Shown: in pieces, positions 1 to 13,276 of the stretch
Position numbering within the stretch: the first letter of the stretch is position 1
Layout of the letters: the number at the start of each line of letters is the position of its first letter
From: Octopus sinensis
Taxonomy: Eukaryota
Assembly (NCBI RefSeq): GCF_006345805.1
Contig: NC_043011.1
Location: 42,978,464 to 43,042,463, forward strand
Direction: 5' to 3'
DNA length: 64,000 nt
Position numbers and translations under genes: made by a program
Notes under the pieces: model-generated
The model's input: only the letters and a program-made list of their open reading frames with translations
Told to the model about the DNA's origin: nothing
Databases searched by the model: none

Positions 1-452
1 GTACCAGTTACGCACTGGGGTCGATGTAATCGACTTAATACCTATGTGTGTCCTTGTTTGTCCCCTCTGTGTTTAGCCCCTTGTGGGTAATAAAGAAATA
101 GGTATTTCGTCTCGCTACGTTCTGAGTTCAAATTCCGCCGAGGTCGACTTTGCCTTCCATCCTTTAGGGGTCGATAAATTAAGTACCAGTTACGCACTGG
201 GGTCGATATAATCGACTTAATACCTTTGTCTGTCCTTGTTTGTCCCCTCTGTGTTTAGCCCCTTGTGGGTAATAAAGAAATAGGTATTTCGTCTGTCGTT
301 ACGTTGTGAGTTCAAATTCCGCCGAGGTCGACTTTGCCTTCCATCTTTCGGGGTCGATAAATTAAGTACCAGTTTCGCACTGGGGTCGATGTAATCGACT
401 TAGTCCCTTATTTGTCCCCTCTATGTTTAGCCCTTTGTGGGCAGTAAAGAAA
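1..452 (+). mobile_element. SINE family A, tandem multimer (partial, window edge)
   Basis: Repeated ~185-bp body 'ggtatttcgtct...gagttcaaattccgccgaggtcgactttgcc...aaagaaata' with B-box-like GAGTTCAAATTCC; same family recurs throughout the window. Confidence 0.85.
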
Positions 453-739
453 TATATATATGTATGTCCGAAGATAATCAGACCAAACGTTAATTACCCA
501 TGAGTATTTCTGCCAAATTTGGTGAAAATCCGTTCAGCCGTTTTCCAGTAACTTTGCAAACACATAGACAAATATCAAAGACAAGTGACTACAATACCCT
601 ACTTTCGGTTACGCGCGCAAGGTAATGATAGAAGGTTTATAGATCCTTTATCCGGACTCCAGTTTGCGTCATTCTATATGGTAAAAATAGACCACAGAAA
701 ATACAATGTATGACCATGCAATACATCCCATGTATTTCT

Positions 740-1155
740 CACTCTTTCCTCTTTTACTTGTTTCAGTCATTTGACTGCGGCCATGCTGGAGCGCCGCCTT
801 TAATCGAGCAACTCGACCCCGAGATTTATTCCTTTGTAAGTCCATTACTTATTATATCGGTCTCTTTTGCTGAACCGCTAAGTAACGGGGACATAAACAC
901 ACCAGCATCGGTTGTCAAGCAATGCTAGGGGGACAAACACAGACACACAAACACACACACGCATATATATATATATATATATATACATATATACGACGGG
1001 CTTTTTTCAGTTTCCGTGTACAAAATCCACTCACAAGGCTTTGGTCGGCCCGAGACTATAGTAGAAGACACTTGCCCAAGGTGCCACGCAGTGGAACTGA
1101 ACCTGGAACCATGTGGTTGGTAAACAAGCTACTTACCACACAGCCACTCCTACGC
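740..1155 (-). mobile_element. tRNA-derived SINE family B (resembles octopus OR-type SINEs)
   Basis: Reverse complement of 'ggcgcaggagtggctgtgtggtaag...ggttccgggttcagtccc...gactgaaacaagtaaaag' with internal (TA)n/(CA)n; many copies in window. Confidence 0.85.
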
Positions 1156-1664
1156 CTATATAGAAAGTATATTCGTAATAAACACAGCAAATGATGGCGA
1201 TTGTTTAAATGAAGACCTAGAAAACAGCTCTGTACTGAAATTTTGTATCTAGAACAGTCTAGAGAAAACTAGATAAAACTAGATAAAACTCATAGTACAA
1301 ATAATCCATTTCTAGACATAAACAATCAGGTAAGAAAAGCGAAAATAACAGATATATCACGTCCGTTTGAAATGAAATATTTAACAAAATGTCTGTGCTA
1401 ACACGGAAACAGTCAATTCCTACACAAATGCAAAATGTCAGTGGTGAACGAAGAGATCTACTTTAAAAGAAAGAAAAGAATTAAAAAACAAAAGCAAACT
1501 TTTAAATTCCCTCCAGAAGCGAAGCACTACGTGAAGATCGTCTACATTATAAAACAAGCACTAATGAACGACTAGTATAAAATAGGTTAATAGATCAAGA
1601 CATAGAACAATAAAGTTGAAAATGCGTTATAATAAATTCATTCGACACAACTTTTTGCCTCTTA

Positions 1665-1955
1665 TCTTTTAATTGTTTCAGTCATTACACTACGGTCACG
1701 CTGGGGTGCCACCTTGGAGAATTTTCAGTCTTATGAATTGCCCCAGGACTTATTTTTTTTAAAGCCTGGTACTTGTTCTATCGGTCTATTTTGAGGAACC
1801 GCTAAGTTACGGGGACGTAAACACACCAACAGCAATTGTCAAGTGGTGGCGGGGAACAAACTCGAACAAAAGACACACAAACACATCACACCACACACAC
1901 ACACACATCACATCACACACAGACACACACACAAACACACACACACACACAAACA

Positions 1956-2011
<56 letters not shown>

Positions 2012-2170
2012 CGATTGGCTTCTTTTCAGTTTTTGTCTACCAAATCTACTCACGAGACTTTGGCCGGCCCGTGGTTATAGTAGAAGACACTTGCACAAGG
2101 TTCCACGCAGTGGGACTGAACCCGGAACCATGTGGCTGGGAAGCAAGCTTCTTACCACACTGCCAGGCCT
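1665..2170 (-). mobile_element. SINE family B, diverged copy
   Basis: Same blocks as 740-1155 with expanded internal (CA)n. Confidence 0.8.
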
Positions 2171-2518
2171 GCGCTAACATCTATGAAAATTAAACAAACT
2201 ACACATGTAAAAAGTGTTACATATACCAAACACATATTGTACTTGATGGCATTGAAGATGCTCTTTTTTCAGAAAAATGTCTCAAAGCATCACCCAGGTT
2301 CCAATATGAGAACTTGTGACTATATTATTTGCTTTAACGCATTAAACACGTTTTTCCTGAATATGCGCTGCTGAAACTGGATTATGTTTAATACACCTGT
2401 GATCTTTTAGGTCATCGCATACAGTATTAACTAGAGTATCAAACACCTCAAAAATACAACAGAAAATGCATTGCACCAAACCATAAAATAATGCTAATAA
2501 TATTCTTATTTCTTTGTT

Positions 2519-2714
2519 GCCCACGTGGAGCTAAACACAGAGGGGACAAACATCATATCGACACCAGTGTGTAACTGGTACTTATTTAATCGACCCCGAA
2601 AGGATGAAAGGCAATGTCGACCTCGGCGGAATTTGAACTCAGAACGTAGCGGCAGATGAAATACCACTAAGCATTTCGCCCGGCGTGCTAACGTTTCTGC
2701 CAGCTCGCCGTCTT
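2519..2714 (-). mobile_element. SINE family A
   Basis: Reverse complement of the family A head 'ggcgagctggcagaaacgttagcacgccgggcgaaatg' and body. Confidence 0.8.
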
Positions 2715-4782
2715 CAGTAATGCTAATAATATTCTAGAAAACACTAATATTAAACTCTTCTTATCCATTACATAAATATTATAAGCTTGTAATCATGTAA
2801 ACAAGCTATTAATTAAATTTATCAATCAATTGTTAGCTTTTACTCGTGACTGTTGTATGTTGAGTGTATATGTTCTACCATAGCACAGTGCTGCGAGTAT
2901 TGCTTTCTTCCTTAGCCCTTAAATGGCGCGAAAGGGTTACATGAATGTGTACGCCAAACGAGTGAAAGCAAAAATTATCTTTTTCTTAAGGGTAATTTTT
3001 ATACCTTTTTTATACCTTTAAGTAAATTGTAAGACTATAGTAATTGTTAGTCTCTCGTTCAATGAAATTTACAATCTTGCTATTGGAAAGCGTCGGAAAA
3101 TATTTACGTTTCTTTGATGATGGCCGTATCAATGTAAATTTTTTTTAGAAACATGAATTAGTGGTGTCCACTGTTCTGTAATGAAACATCAATTGATGAT
3201 GTTCGCTGTTTAGAGATTAATCCTCTATCTGTGAATGCATGTGTGTGTGCGTGTGCGCGCGTGTAGTAGAACATAAATGTGTTATCCACTAATGTTCTCC
3301 TAACTAGTTCCTAACTATGGAATAGCCCAACAGATTATCAAAACCCTAGTGAAACAGACAGAAGATGCATTACATAAAGTGATACATTAACAGTAATAGC
3401 AATTGTCTTAAATTTTGGCCAAGGCCAGCGATTTCGACGAGAGAAATTAGTCGACTGCGTAAACCCCAGTATTTGAATGGGTACTTTATTTTATCGGCCC
3501 TTTAAGGATGAACGGTAAATGGTGACCTCGGTGAGATTTAAGCTCAGGATGTAAAGAGCAGGAATAAAATGCCACAAAGCATTTTATGTCTGGTGTAGTA
3601 ACGATTCTGCCAGCTTGCTGCCTTACTCCTAATAATAATCGCGCAAAGACAATTGAAATTAAAAATGTTATCAACGACAAGCCAAAAGCATTTGAACCCG
3701 ATAACATGATACTAATGATCAACGTCGTTTTTAATATCGATTTCGAACGTGAAAATTGTGGAATATATGACCTTTTGTGTTATATTGGTTATAGCAGCAC
3801 GGTACTTGACATTCTTCTGTCATTCTGTATCCATTTATTTACAACAAAGAGCATTTCGTGTAGACAATAGGTCTTTTCAAAATTACCTACAGAAATAGAC
3901 AATTAAGGATGAAAGCCATACTTATGTCACAGCACACGACTAGAATTAACATACAGACTGCATACATTGTGCACAAACAAAAACAAACTTCTGGCTGATG
4001 ATATGTATCTAATGATCAACATTAAAATTCCGGTGGCAATGTCTACGACAAGTCATGAAGGCCCTGTCTACTCTAAAGAGGTGGCAACACGCATAATCAT
4101 ATCATTCTGAAGATGTGATTAATACCTGTTCAGTACCTGTTCAAACGGCATGGAAAATATGAAACAAGAAAAACGTTCGATATAAAACACTCGTCGGAAT
4201 GCTACATTTTTAGATTTAATTAACATAGTCCCTATCAGCGTCCAACTGCATTTTAACACTTGTATTTCTGATTTTCCCCTTCACGAATTTCCTCATCATT
4301 AGATTAACAATTTCTTCCGATGGCATACTATTTATATTTTTTTCTGAATTTCCTGACGACTTCATTAATTGCAGTATTTGTTGTTGTAAAATTAACTGTT
4401 GTGGTGGTTGCTTCTGTTGTTTTTCTTGCAGTTGAATCTACTGCTGTTGTTGTTGTTTTTGCAACTGGAGCAAAACGGCCGACAAATTTCCATAATTTTT
4501 ACGATTTTTTCGTAAAATTCACACAACAAAAACTTTGTTATTTTGTTACCTCTTCGTGAGTTGCTAGTTCCTCGTGAGTTGTTTAAATCCTCGCCGCCAC
4601 TGCTGTAACCCTTAAAATGTTGGATTGATATAACACCCAATTCGGTATACAGTACACTTAGAAAACCAGTAAAGACACGACTGTCTATGACCGCCTGCTA
4701 CGTACTCTCTTTACTGAGTTATTTCATTCGTCACATAGGAGATATTTACCATTATCATTAATTCCCTAAAACACATACACTT

Positions 4783-4813
<31 letters not shown>

Positions 4814-4860
4814 TATATATAGGCGCAGGAGTGGCTGTGTGGTAAGTAGCTTGCTTACCA

Positions 4861-7100
4861 AGTAGCTTTGCTAACGCACATGCGCAATTAGTCAGTTGCT
4901 TCCTGTTCAGCCAGAGTGGACGCGAGTCAATCAGCTCTGTCCAATTAAAGAAAAAAGACCAAAAACGGAAAGTTGTCGAGGTAAGTGATTTTGTTTATTG
5001 TGAGTTGGGCATAATTTATTGCGTGCCAATTATTATTTCGGTAGGTTGTGTCCAATCTGAGACAATTTCGCCTGCTCTCGGCGGCGGCCTGCCGTTTTTT
5101 GTTCATTGAAAAAAAACCAGAAAAAAACAGTGGAGGGGCGTATCCTCAGAATTCAATACAGTTACTGTTAAAATTACCGTTGGCGGTAGCCAGTGCTGTG
5201 TTTGGGTTTTTGAATTATTCCCTTGTCAGAGTACTTCGCAAGAAAATTATAAAAATAAGCCACTATTGGATTACCTTTCGGACCCATTTTTGTGGAGGTT
5301 GTGTTGCAGTTGCGGCGTTCCAGGTTCAACCCAGGCGGGAGTACCGCAAGGCCAGAATATTTTTGCTTGTTTTTTCTGTTTATTAACTTTCTTTTGAACT
5401 TCATTTAACCCCCCCTTTTGTTTTGTTTTCTTTATTGCGACTTTCCGTTAATTTCTTCCCTTCTGTTGTGCTTTCTCCTTTTTGTTTTTTCAAAAATCTA
5501 TCAAATTTATTTGGACTTTTGAACTTTTTTCTTCCTGCTTTTGAGTTTAATTTGAATATATTAAAAAAAAACATGGCAATGAAAAATAACAAAATTTTGG
5601 AGTGGGAAATCATACCACCTAAAAAGTGGTTAAAAGACCGTGAAGATAGGACGGTGGTGTTGAGAACCTACTCCAAGGCACTTGACACCATCGCCCAATT
5701 CGAAAAAGACGGCAATTGAAAAGGAGTTGGAAGAGTATTTGCCAACAATTAAATTCATTTCCAGGGGTGTCAAATATGCAACGGTGTGTGGTTGCTATTT
5801 GACACCCCTGAAGAGGCTTGCAAATTTGCTAGCAAACCCTTGGAGGGTAAGGAAATCTTATTCCTGCCCACGTACAAAAAAAAGAAATTGATGAAAGCTT
5901 GGATCTGCGGACTGCCACCGACATAGAACCCGAGTGGATAGAGGAGACTATCCGCCGGGGTCCTGGGTGACAGCGAAACTAAGCTCCTCAATGTAAAAGT
6001 TCTTCCTGCGGCTGCTGTGGGTTGGGTCAAAAGCATTTTTGACCCTGGACACAATCAGCCAATCTGGTTCTTCCAGATTTTTTGAAAAATGGCCGGTGCA
6101 GGTACCCGGTGATGCTTGAGGGTCGCCCCCCCTAAGTGTCATCGTGCTTGGAGTCCGGCCCATAAGAAGAACTGTCCTCGGAAACAAATAGGATCCCGAA
6201 CAGTTAAGTAAAACCCCTCTAGAAGAGGGAACGATAACGGCCGATAAAGCAGAGGACTCCTCAAACAGAGGCCGAAAGAGGAAGGTGAGCAACAATGGGT
6301 GCTCACCAAGGATAATAGGGATGAGGAGAGGAACGCGAATCTTCCAGCCACGGAGGAGACGCACCCTCCCTCAGTTGAAAAGAGAAAAAAAGAAAAGAGG
6401 AAGAAAAACGGGACATTACCGGCTGTCAGTGTAGCACCGGAATGTCGCGGAACTACGTCGGTTGGGCTGTGCCACCGACAAGAGAAGGAATACCGTTGGC
6501 GGAAACTGTGCCGCCAACGAAAGAACTGAATGTATTGGTCCTCTTCTATAGAGGAGGAGAAATTGAAAAAGTGATGAAGAGCACTACAAGGGAGCACCTT
6601 ACCTTCACACGGACCCCGAATTGCCTCCGCAGGTAGCTGTGGAGGCCGTGGCGTTCGACGTGACGCTAGGGCTAAAGGAGCTCAATGAAGATTATGACTT
6701 GGTCCCGGGCGACGCGAACTCGAAACTTGAATACGTTCTGAGGGAGGCGTGGTTGATGGTGGAGGGCGCGGGCACAAGCTATTTCGAGGACGATATGTAC
6801 TTATATTAATGGAATTAAGTCCAAAATTTGAAAATTGTAAGAGGATTAATACCTCGTTTTGTATTAATAATGGACTGCTAAGTCCAAAAATTGGAAAAAT
6901 TGTAAGAGGTTTAATACCTCGTTTTGTGTTTATCTTTAAAAAGAACAATGTTTTAGAGAAGCAAAAGTCGGCGGGCGCTTTTTGTCTTCTCCCATCCTTA
7001 TCATCTTTTTTCCATTATCATTCACCTCATTAATGTCCTCGTCCAGCCCGCAAAGCTAACTTAATCTGTGTACTGCCTTTATGGCAAATGTTTTGAAATA
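4861..7100 (+). mobile_element. Non-autonomous L1/Tx1-like retroelement (degenerate ORF1-like sequence, no ORF2), inserted in a SINE B head
   Basis: Frameshifted coding-like segments from 5571 (MAMKNNKILEWEIIPPKKWLKDREDRTVVLRTYSK...; ...LPTY...WICGLPP) to ~6800; 3' tail ending in AATAAA; flanked by a 17-bp duplication aagtagcttgcttacca (4844-4860 and 7101-7117). Clade assignment is inference. Confidence 0.6.
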
Positions 7101-7500
7101 AAGTAGCTTGCTTACCAACCACATGGTTCCGGGTTCAGTCCCACTGCGTGGCATCTTGGGCAAGTGTCTTCTGCTATAGCCTCGGGCCGACCAAAGCATT
7201 GTGAGTGGATTTGGTAGACGGAAACTGAAAAAAGCCCGTCGTATATATGTATATATATATATGTGTGCGTGTGTGTGTGTGTGTGTATGTTTGTGTGTCT
7301 GTGTTTGTCCCCCTAGCATTGCTTGACAACCGGTACTGGTGTGTTTACGTCCCCGTCACTTAGCGGTTCGGCAAAAGAGACCGATAGAATAAGTACTGGG
7401 CTTACAAAGAATAAGTCCTGGGGTCGATTTGCTCGACTAAAAGGCGGTGCTGGCCCCAGCATTGGCCGCAGTCAAATGACTGAAACAAGAAATGGTAAAT
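7101..7500 (+). mobile_element. SINE family B, 3' part (5' head at 4822-4860, split by insertion)
   Basis: Joining 4822-4860 to 7118 onward reconstitutes an intact SINE B. Confidence 0.85.
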
Positions 7501-7564
7501 GAGTAATATATATATTTAACTATATATATATATATTATATAATATCTATATATATATATATCTG

Positions 7565-7845
7565 GAGGGGGCGGCTTAATATTGGAATATTGGCTCACGA
7601 TCGTAAGGTTGTGAGCTCAATTCCCGCGCGACGCGTTGTGTCTCTGAGCAAGACACTTTATTTGATGTTGCTCCAGACCACTCAGCTGGCAAAAATTTGT
7701 TGTAGTACTTGTATTTCAAAGGGCCAGCCTTTTCGCACTCTGTTTAATGTGCTCAGCCACTTGCACATTAATTTCACGAGCAAGCTGTTCCGTTGATCAG
7801 ATCAATTGCAACCTAAGTCATCGTAACCGACAAAGTGCCAGTTAG
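7565..7845 (+). mobile_element. tRNA-derived SINE family C, internally deleted
   Basis: Shares 'tgtatttcaaagggcc...cagccacttgcac..taatttcacgagca.gctgttccgttgatc' with full copy at 26706-27089. Confidence 0.7.
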
Positions 7846-8036
7846 TTAACATATATATATATATCTATATATATATATATAACTATATATATATATTATA
7901 TAATATATATATATATATATAATATATATATACCGGAGTAAACACATAAATGTGAAACAAGGTGGAAAAAAGAGTACTCAATACCAGTGGTAGAGTATAT
8001 GCTTTATTAAAGCAGCAGCAGAAAATTCCACAAAAC

Positions 8037-8073
8037 CTGTTACTCTGGTTTCCCGTTGCCGTTCATCGGACAG
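8037..8073 (-). ncRNA. Degenerate minimal type I hammerhead ribozyme motif (Penelope-like element end)
   Basis: Minus strand: ctgt-CCGATGA-acggcaacgg-GAAA-ccagag-TA-acag; stem I ctgt/acag; U4C core variant and mismatch in stem II. Confidence 0.5.
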
Positions 8074-8348
8074 TTTTTGCTGTGTGGAAGACTTGAACTT
8101 CAAATTTTAAATAAATATGCGGTAGTATGTAACCTTCAACTTAGCAAATATTTGTAAAGATTTGAAATGTTCACGATCCAAGTTATTTGCTTACTACGTC
8201 ACCAATATTGTTTGAGACAATTTAGGTAGTAGTAATTACACACCGCGTCATCAATAAGTTAGATAGTCTTTTAAGTTCTAGAAGTGATGGAACCGCGTGG
8301 CCTGAAAACAAAACATGTAAGTGTTAATACGTTGTAGTTTTATTGACG

Positions 8349-8736
8349 ATCTTTCGTCTCTAGTAGACCTTTCCGTCGATTTCCGTAAAAAAATTTTTTT
8401 TTTTACATATGGGCTTGCGGGAACTTTTGAAGTAATATACATACATATACACATACACCGAGTAAAAAATTTCAGTTATCTCTTTCTTTCACACATTACT
8501 CTGTCTCTTCACACATACTAACAGAAGCACACCCCATCAAACACACACACACACACACACACATGTACATCAATGCTTCCCATGCACGGTAACTTCAAAA
8601 GAATTTCCCTCGTCATACAATCACTTTCTCTTAGTCTCTTTCGCTCTCATTACTTCAAAAGTTCCCGCAAGCCCATACGTAAAAAAAAAAATTTTTTTAC
8701 GGAAATCGACGGAAAGGTCTACTAGAGACGAAAGAT
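8349..8736. repeat. Foldback/MITE-like element with ~87-bp inverted arms
   Basis: 8349-8434 is the near-perfect reverse complement of 8649-8736; ~214-bp spacer containing (CA)n. Confidence 0.8.
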
Positions 8737-9596
8737 TGCCGTTTTATTATCTTTTAAACAGTTTTGATTTAGCTTTAATCGTAGCAAGGTTTTATAGTAA
8801 AAGATAATTACGAATATACTTTTATTAGCTCGTACTTAATAAAATTTAATGTTTCTATTAATTATTGATAATTTTTACATTAAAGCTTGTCAGGGTAATA
8901 TACATTAATGAGTATGTAGTGTTTTTATTACTAACTTTTGATTCATGAAATAATATAATTATTATATTTTTCGTTAAATTAAATTAAATCGTATTTTGTT
9001 TTGGGGAGAACTGAATATAAAGTTTTCACTTTTTTTATTTTAGTAGTAACTATGGAAGACTGGTGGGATTATTATTTGTACGGACTTAAAGATTAGTCGC
9101 TATTTAGTATATAATTTAGTTATTGTAGGTTTACTATTAATACCGATACAGATGTACATAGATTTATGTGTTTCATAATTGTAATTTACTTTAAAGTTAG
9201 CTTTTAATCCTGCTTATATTTAGATAGAATTAATAAGTTTTTAAGCTTTCATTTTTATATTATGCTATGGAAGACTGTAGGGAATATTTTTATATGACTT
9301 ACATGTTTGCTCGCTGTTTAGTTACATATTTGGGAGTTGGTTATAGATTTACTTATTAAATTTATTTACCGATACTGTTGGACATAGGGTAAACGTGTTT
9401 GAAAGTGGTGGCTTCTTTGGTATGATTGTTCCCAAACAACACTTATTTTAGTGCTGTTGATCCGCCGGACTGAATGATACTACTTAGGTGTCGAAACCAC
9501 AATGACATCCGTGGGGCAGCTGATGATGGAGGTATGTTGGATTGTTGGTATGGCTGTCTTTGTATATGAGCAATAGTATTATAACACATTCTTTTG

Positions 9597-9651
<55 letters not shown>

Positions 9652-9729
9652 AAGAGAGAGAGAGAAAGAGAGAGAGAGAAAGAGAGAGAGAGAAAGAGAG
9701 AGAGAGATACATGCATATATATATATAAT

Positions 9730-10496
9730 TATATAAAATCCATTCTGTCTGTCTCTGTGTGTGTCTTCTAGGATCTCGGGCATCCTCCATCCAATTGCGC
9801 TCAAATTTGATATGTAGATACCGACGGTATCAGGGCGCGTATAAGTCTTGAAAACATTGCAAATATCGATTCCAGGTGAGAATGCGATCGATAAAGCCGT
9901 GTGAACGTGCATTTGTACGCGCAAGTACATCAGCTGTTGCGATCGATACTACGCGTACGCGAGAACTGCCGACCCAGGAACGAATCTACACATCCATCAA
10001 TTAGTGACCCTGAGCAAGTCCTTGTGTACCCGACCGAATTTCTTAACTCACAAGAACCATCGAGTTTGCCACCCCATAAACTCTGCCTCAAGGTTGGAAG
10101 TACCATCATTCTCCTCCGAAACTTGGAACCCCCACGACTTTGCAATGGCACTCGGTTGGTTCTCACCCAACTTTTGGATGACGTTCTCGAGGTAAAAGTT
10201 ATCACGGGTCAAGGAGCAGGGGATGTTGTTTTTATTTCCCACATGCCATTGATTCCGTCGGACTGTGTTTACCCGATGAAAAGCATTCAATTCCCCGTTC
10301 GCCTGAGCTTCGCGATGACCCTCAACAAAGCACAGGAGCAGTCATTAAAATTCGTGGGGTTGGACCTCAGTACTCCCTACTTTTCGCAAGGTCAACTGTA
10401 TGTGGGCTGTTCGAGGGTTGGCTGTTCGACAAACTTTTCTACTACACTCCAGACGGAGTAACAAGGAATGCGGTTCACAAGAATGCGCTCCACTAG
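9730..10496 (+). mobile_element. Helitron derivative with PIF1-like helicase C-terminal fragment
   Basis: ORF 9901-10461: YPTEFLNS...LPPHKL.LKVG..IILLRNL...RLCNGTRL...QFPVRLSFAMTLNKAQ.QSL..VGLDL...FSQGQLYVGCSRV, the typical Helitron helicase motifs IV-VI; CTAG at 10493-10496. Confidence 0.9.
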
Positions 10497-11087
10497 CTTT
10501 TCCATGCCCTTGAACATCCCGTAAAGTATGTTAGCTTAAAATTAGCTACTTAGCTCCCTAGGTTGTTGCTTTTAAGCAAAAATCGCCCCAAGTTGATTTC
10601 CTACATGTTTTATCGGAGAAACTTATCATTGTCCCAGGTACGTTCTCATAAATTCATCATGCTTTTCCATCTAGATTTACCTCCAGCTAACCCATTTGCT
10701 TGCATCGTTTTTGTCCTGCTTTTCTTCGGCAACCTGTACATAACTGCGCCTCCATTTTTTGTTGTTTTTGTACTGCTTAAAGGCACGTTTCTTTCCAGCC
10801 AAGCTTACTGTTTAAACCATATTTGTGTTCTCTCAGTCAACAGCCTTATCATTACTGGTACTTTAAACTCTTCGGTTGCATATTTGTGTGAATAAAATCG
10901 TTTTCCTTTGGAATAGAAAACAAGTCTATCTTAATTTCATCTTTTACTGGTCTGGGTCTTAAATTAGGTTATATCAGTGTTTCTCAAAGGGGAGGCTATG
11001 GGACGGTCGGACAAGTTGTTGAGAAAATTTGGTTTAAAGTTGACAACTCAGCACCGTCCATTGGACGTGGGTGTGCGTTTGCTGTTG

Positions 11088-11134
<47 letters not shown>

Positions 11135-11221
11135 ATATATATATAGGTATATATTTATATACATACATAATACATACTCATCTATCTCTGCAATCTCCTG
11201 CACTCCTTCCTCAGTATATAT

Positions 11222-11623
11222 AAGGCGGCGAGATGGCAGAAACGTTAGCACGCGGGCGAAATGCTTAGCGGTATTTCGTCTACCGTTACGTTCTGAGTTT
11301 AAATTCTGCCGAGGTCGACTTTCGGGGTCGATAAATTAAGTACCAGTTACGCACAGGGGTCGATGTAATTGACTTAATCCGTTTGTCTGTTCTTGTTTGT
11401 CCCCTCTATGCTTAGCCCCTTGTGGGTAATAAAGAAATAGGTATTTCGTCTGTCGTTACGTTCTGAGTTCAAATTCCGCCGTGGTCGACATTGCCTTTCA
11501 TCTTCTCAGGGTCGATAAATAAAGTACAAGTTTCCGACTGGGTCGATATAATCGACTTAATCCGTGTGTCTGTCCTTGTTTGTCCCCTCTGTGTGTTTAG
11601 CCCCTTGTGGGTAGTTAAGAAAA

Positions 11624-11625
<2 letters not shown>
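11222..11625 (+). mobile_element. SINE family A dimer
   Basis: Head 'aaggcggcgagatggcagaaacgttagc' plus two bodies joined at 'aaagaaataggtatttcg'. Confidence 0.85.
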
Positions 11626-11668
<43 letters not shown>

Positions 11669-11873
11669 GCGTGGTATTAAGTATGTATGCATGTATACAG
11701 GTACACACACTAACACGTAGCTAATGATAAATCTTGAGTATTTACGAAACGTTTATTAATCCTTAAATGCAGTATTTCCCTGTTTCTCTCCTACTCTCTC
11801 TATCATTGTCTCTATCTCTGTCTTTCTCTCTCAAGCACATACACAGATATTTGTTCATTGTTCATACCCACAA

Positions 11874-11906
<33 letters not shown>

Positions 11907-12282
11907 ATATATATATAATAGATAGATATATATATATATCCAAAGCTTGCACACGGAAAAAAAATAGAAAATACCGGATATGTGTCCGTATGTGCTGTCT
12001 GCTACTTTGAGCACTCATATCGTTATTAAAAAAATATCGCTATTGAATTCTAGAAATTTATTCAAAATTGATTTTATTAATTTCAATTTTCATTTGCCTC
12101 CACTTTCCATTCATGCTTTCGTTCAAGTCACTGACTCTGAGAGAAAGGGACATTCAACGTCATACCTGCCAGAAATAGTAGACAATTTAAATTGCTTTTC
12201 TTAATATTGCCGCCATTAATTCATTTTCACGCTTCACTGATTAGCGCCGTATTACGTACTTGTTCCCACGTCATCAAATTTG

Positions 12283-12322
<40 letters not shown>

Positions 12323-12426
12323 AATGCTCATGCATATACATATATATATATACATATACATACATGTGTGTGGGTATATATATATATATATTATATATAT
12401 ATATATATATATATTTATATTTATAA

Positions 12427-12570
12427 TTAGGGTATCTAAAAGATAGCACCACACTGGAAATAGCAGCCAAAACTTGACTCTAAAACCACATTAAATGTTC
12501 ATTTCATGTGGTTTTAGAGCTTAGTTTTGGCTGCTATATCCAGTGTGGTGGTATCTCTTAGATACCCTAA
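12427..12570. repeat. ~144-bp imperfect palindrome
   Basis: ttagggtatctaa...gaaatagcagccaaaac...taaaaccacat pairs with atgtggttttagag...gttttggctgctat...ttagataccctaa. Confidence 0.8.
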
Positions 12571-12680
12571 ATGAAAATTTTAATAATAACTATTACCTTT
12601 GAAAGTTTTTATTTCCATGCTGGTCACTTGATAAATCGATATTTAAATAACGATCTTATCCTTAATAAATTTATACATAC

Positions 12681-12743
<63 letters not shown>

Positions 12744-13129
12744 TATATATATAATTATAACATCGGCGGTTTTGTTTTAACATTTCGATCGTTTCTCAAT
12801 ACCGGCTAGCTACAGCAAATTTTCGAAATACTCGAGTTAGTGTTAATTTACTAGACTCGGTTACTATTCACTTTTAGGGACTGCAGAGTTTCCCTAGAGA
12901 AAATAATACATATATATATATATATGTAAAAGGTCATGTGAGGTGTGAAGTTTGAGTATTTTTAGGGAGGCCTTCAACCCGTATACTGGGCTATCAACTC
13001 TGTCGGGGTTCCGATCAATTCTTCAGGTATAGAAGTTTCACGACCTTTATACAATAAATTGGTTTAAGCGAAGAGTAAATAATCCAATGAAAAGAATTTT
13101 GTGTAAAGAATTATTTTTGTCTCTTTCTT

Positions 13130-13160
<31 letters not shown>

Positions 13161-13276
13161 TATATATATAATATGTGTGTGGTGTGTGTGTGGTGTGTGG
13201 TGTGTGTGTGTGTGTGTGAATCGTTGGGGATTTTTTCCCTGCGTCTTCCTTTCTATTGGACTTTCCTCTGTCTCCT

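Noticed and set aside
9901-10461. Host PIF1 helicase gene
   Set aside because: Intronless C-terminal fragment only, with degenerate motifs, attached to Helitron-type non-coding sequence.
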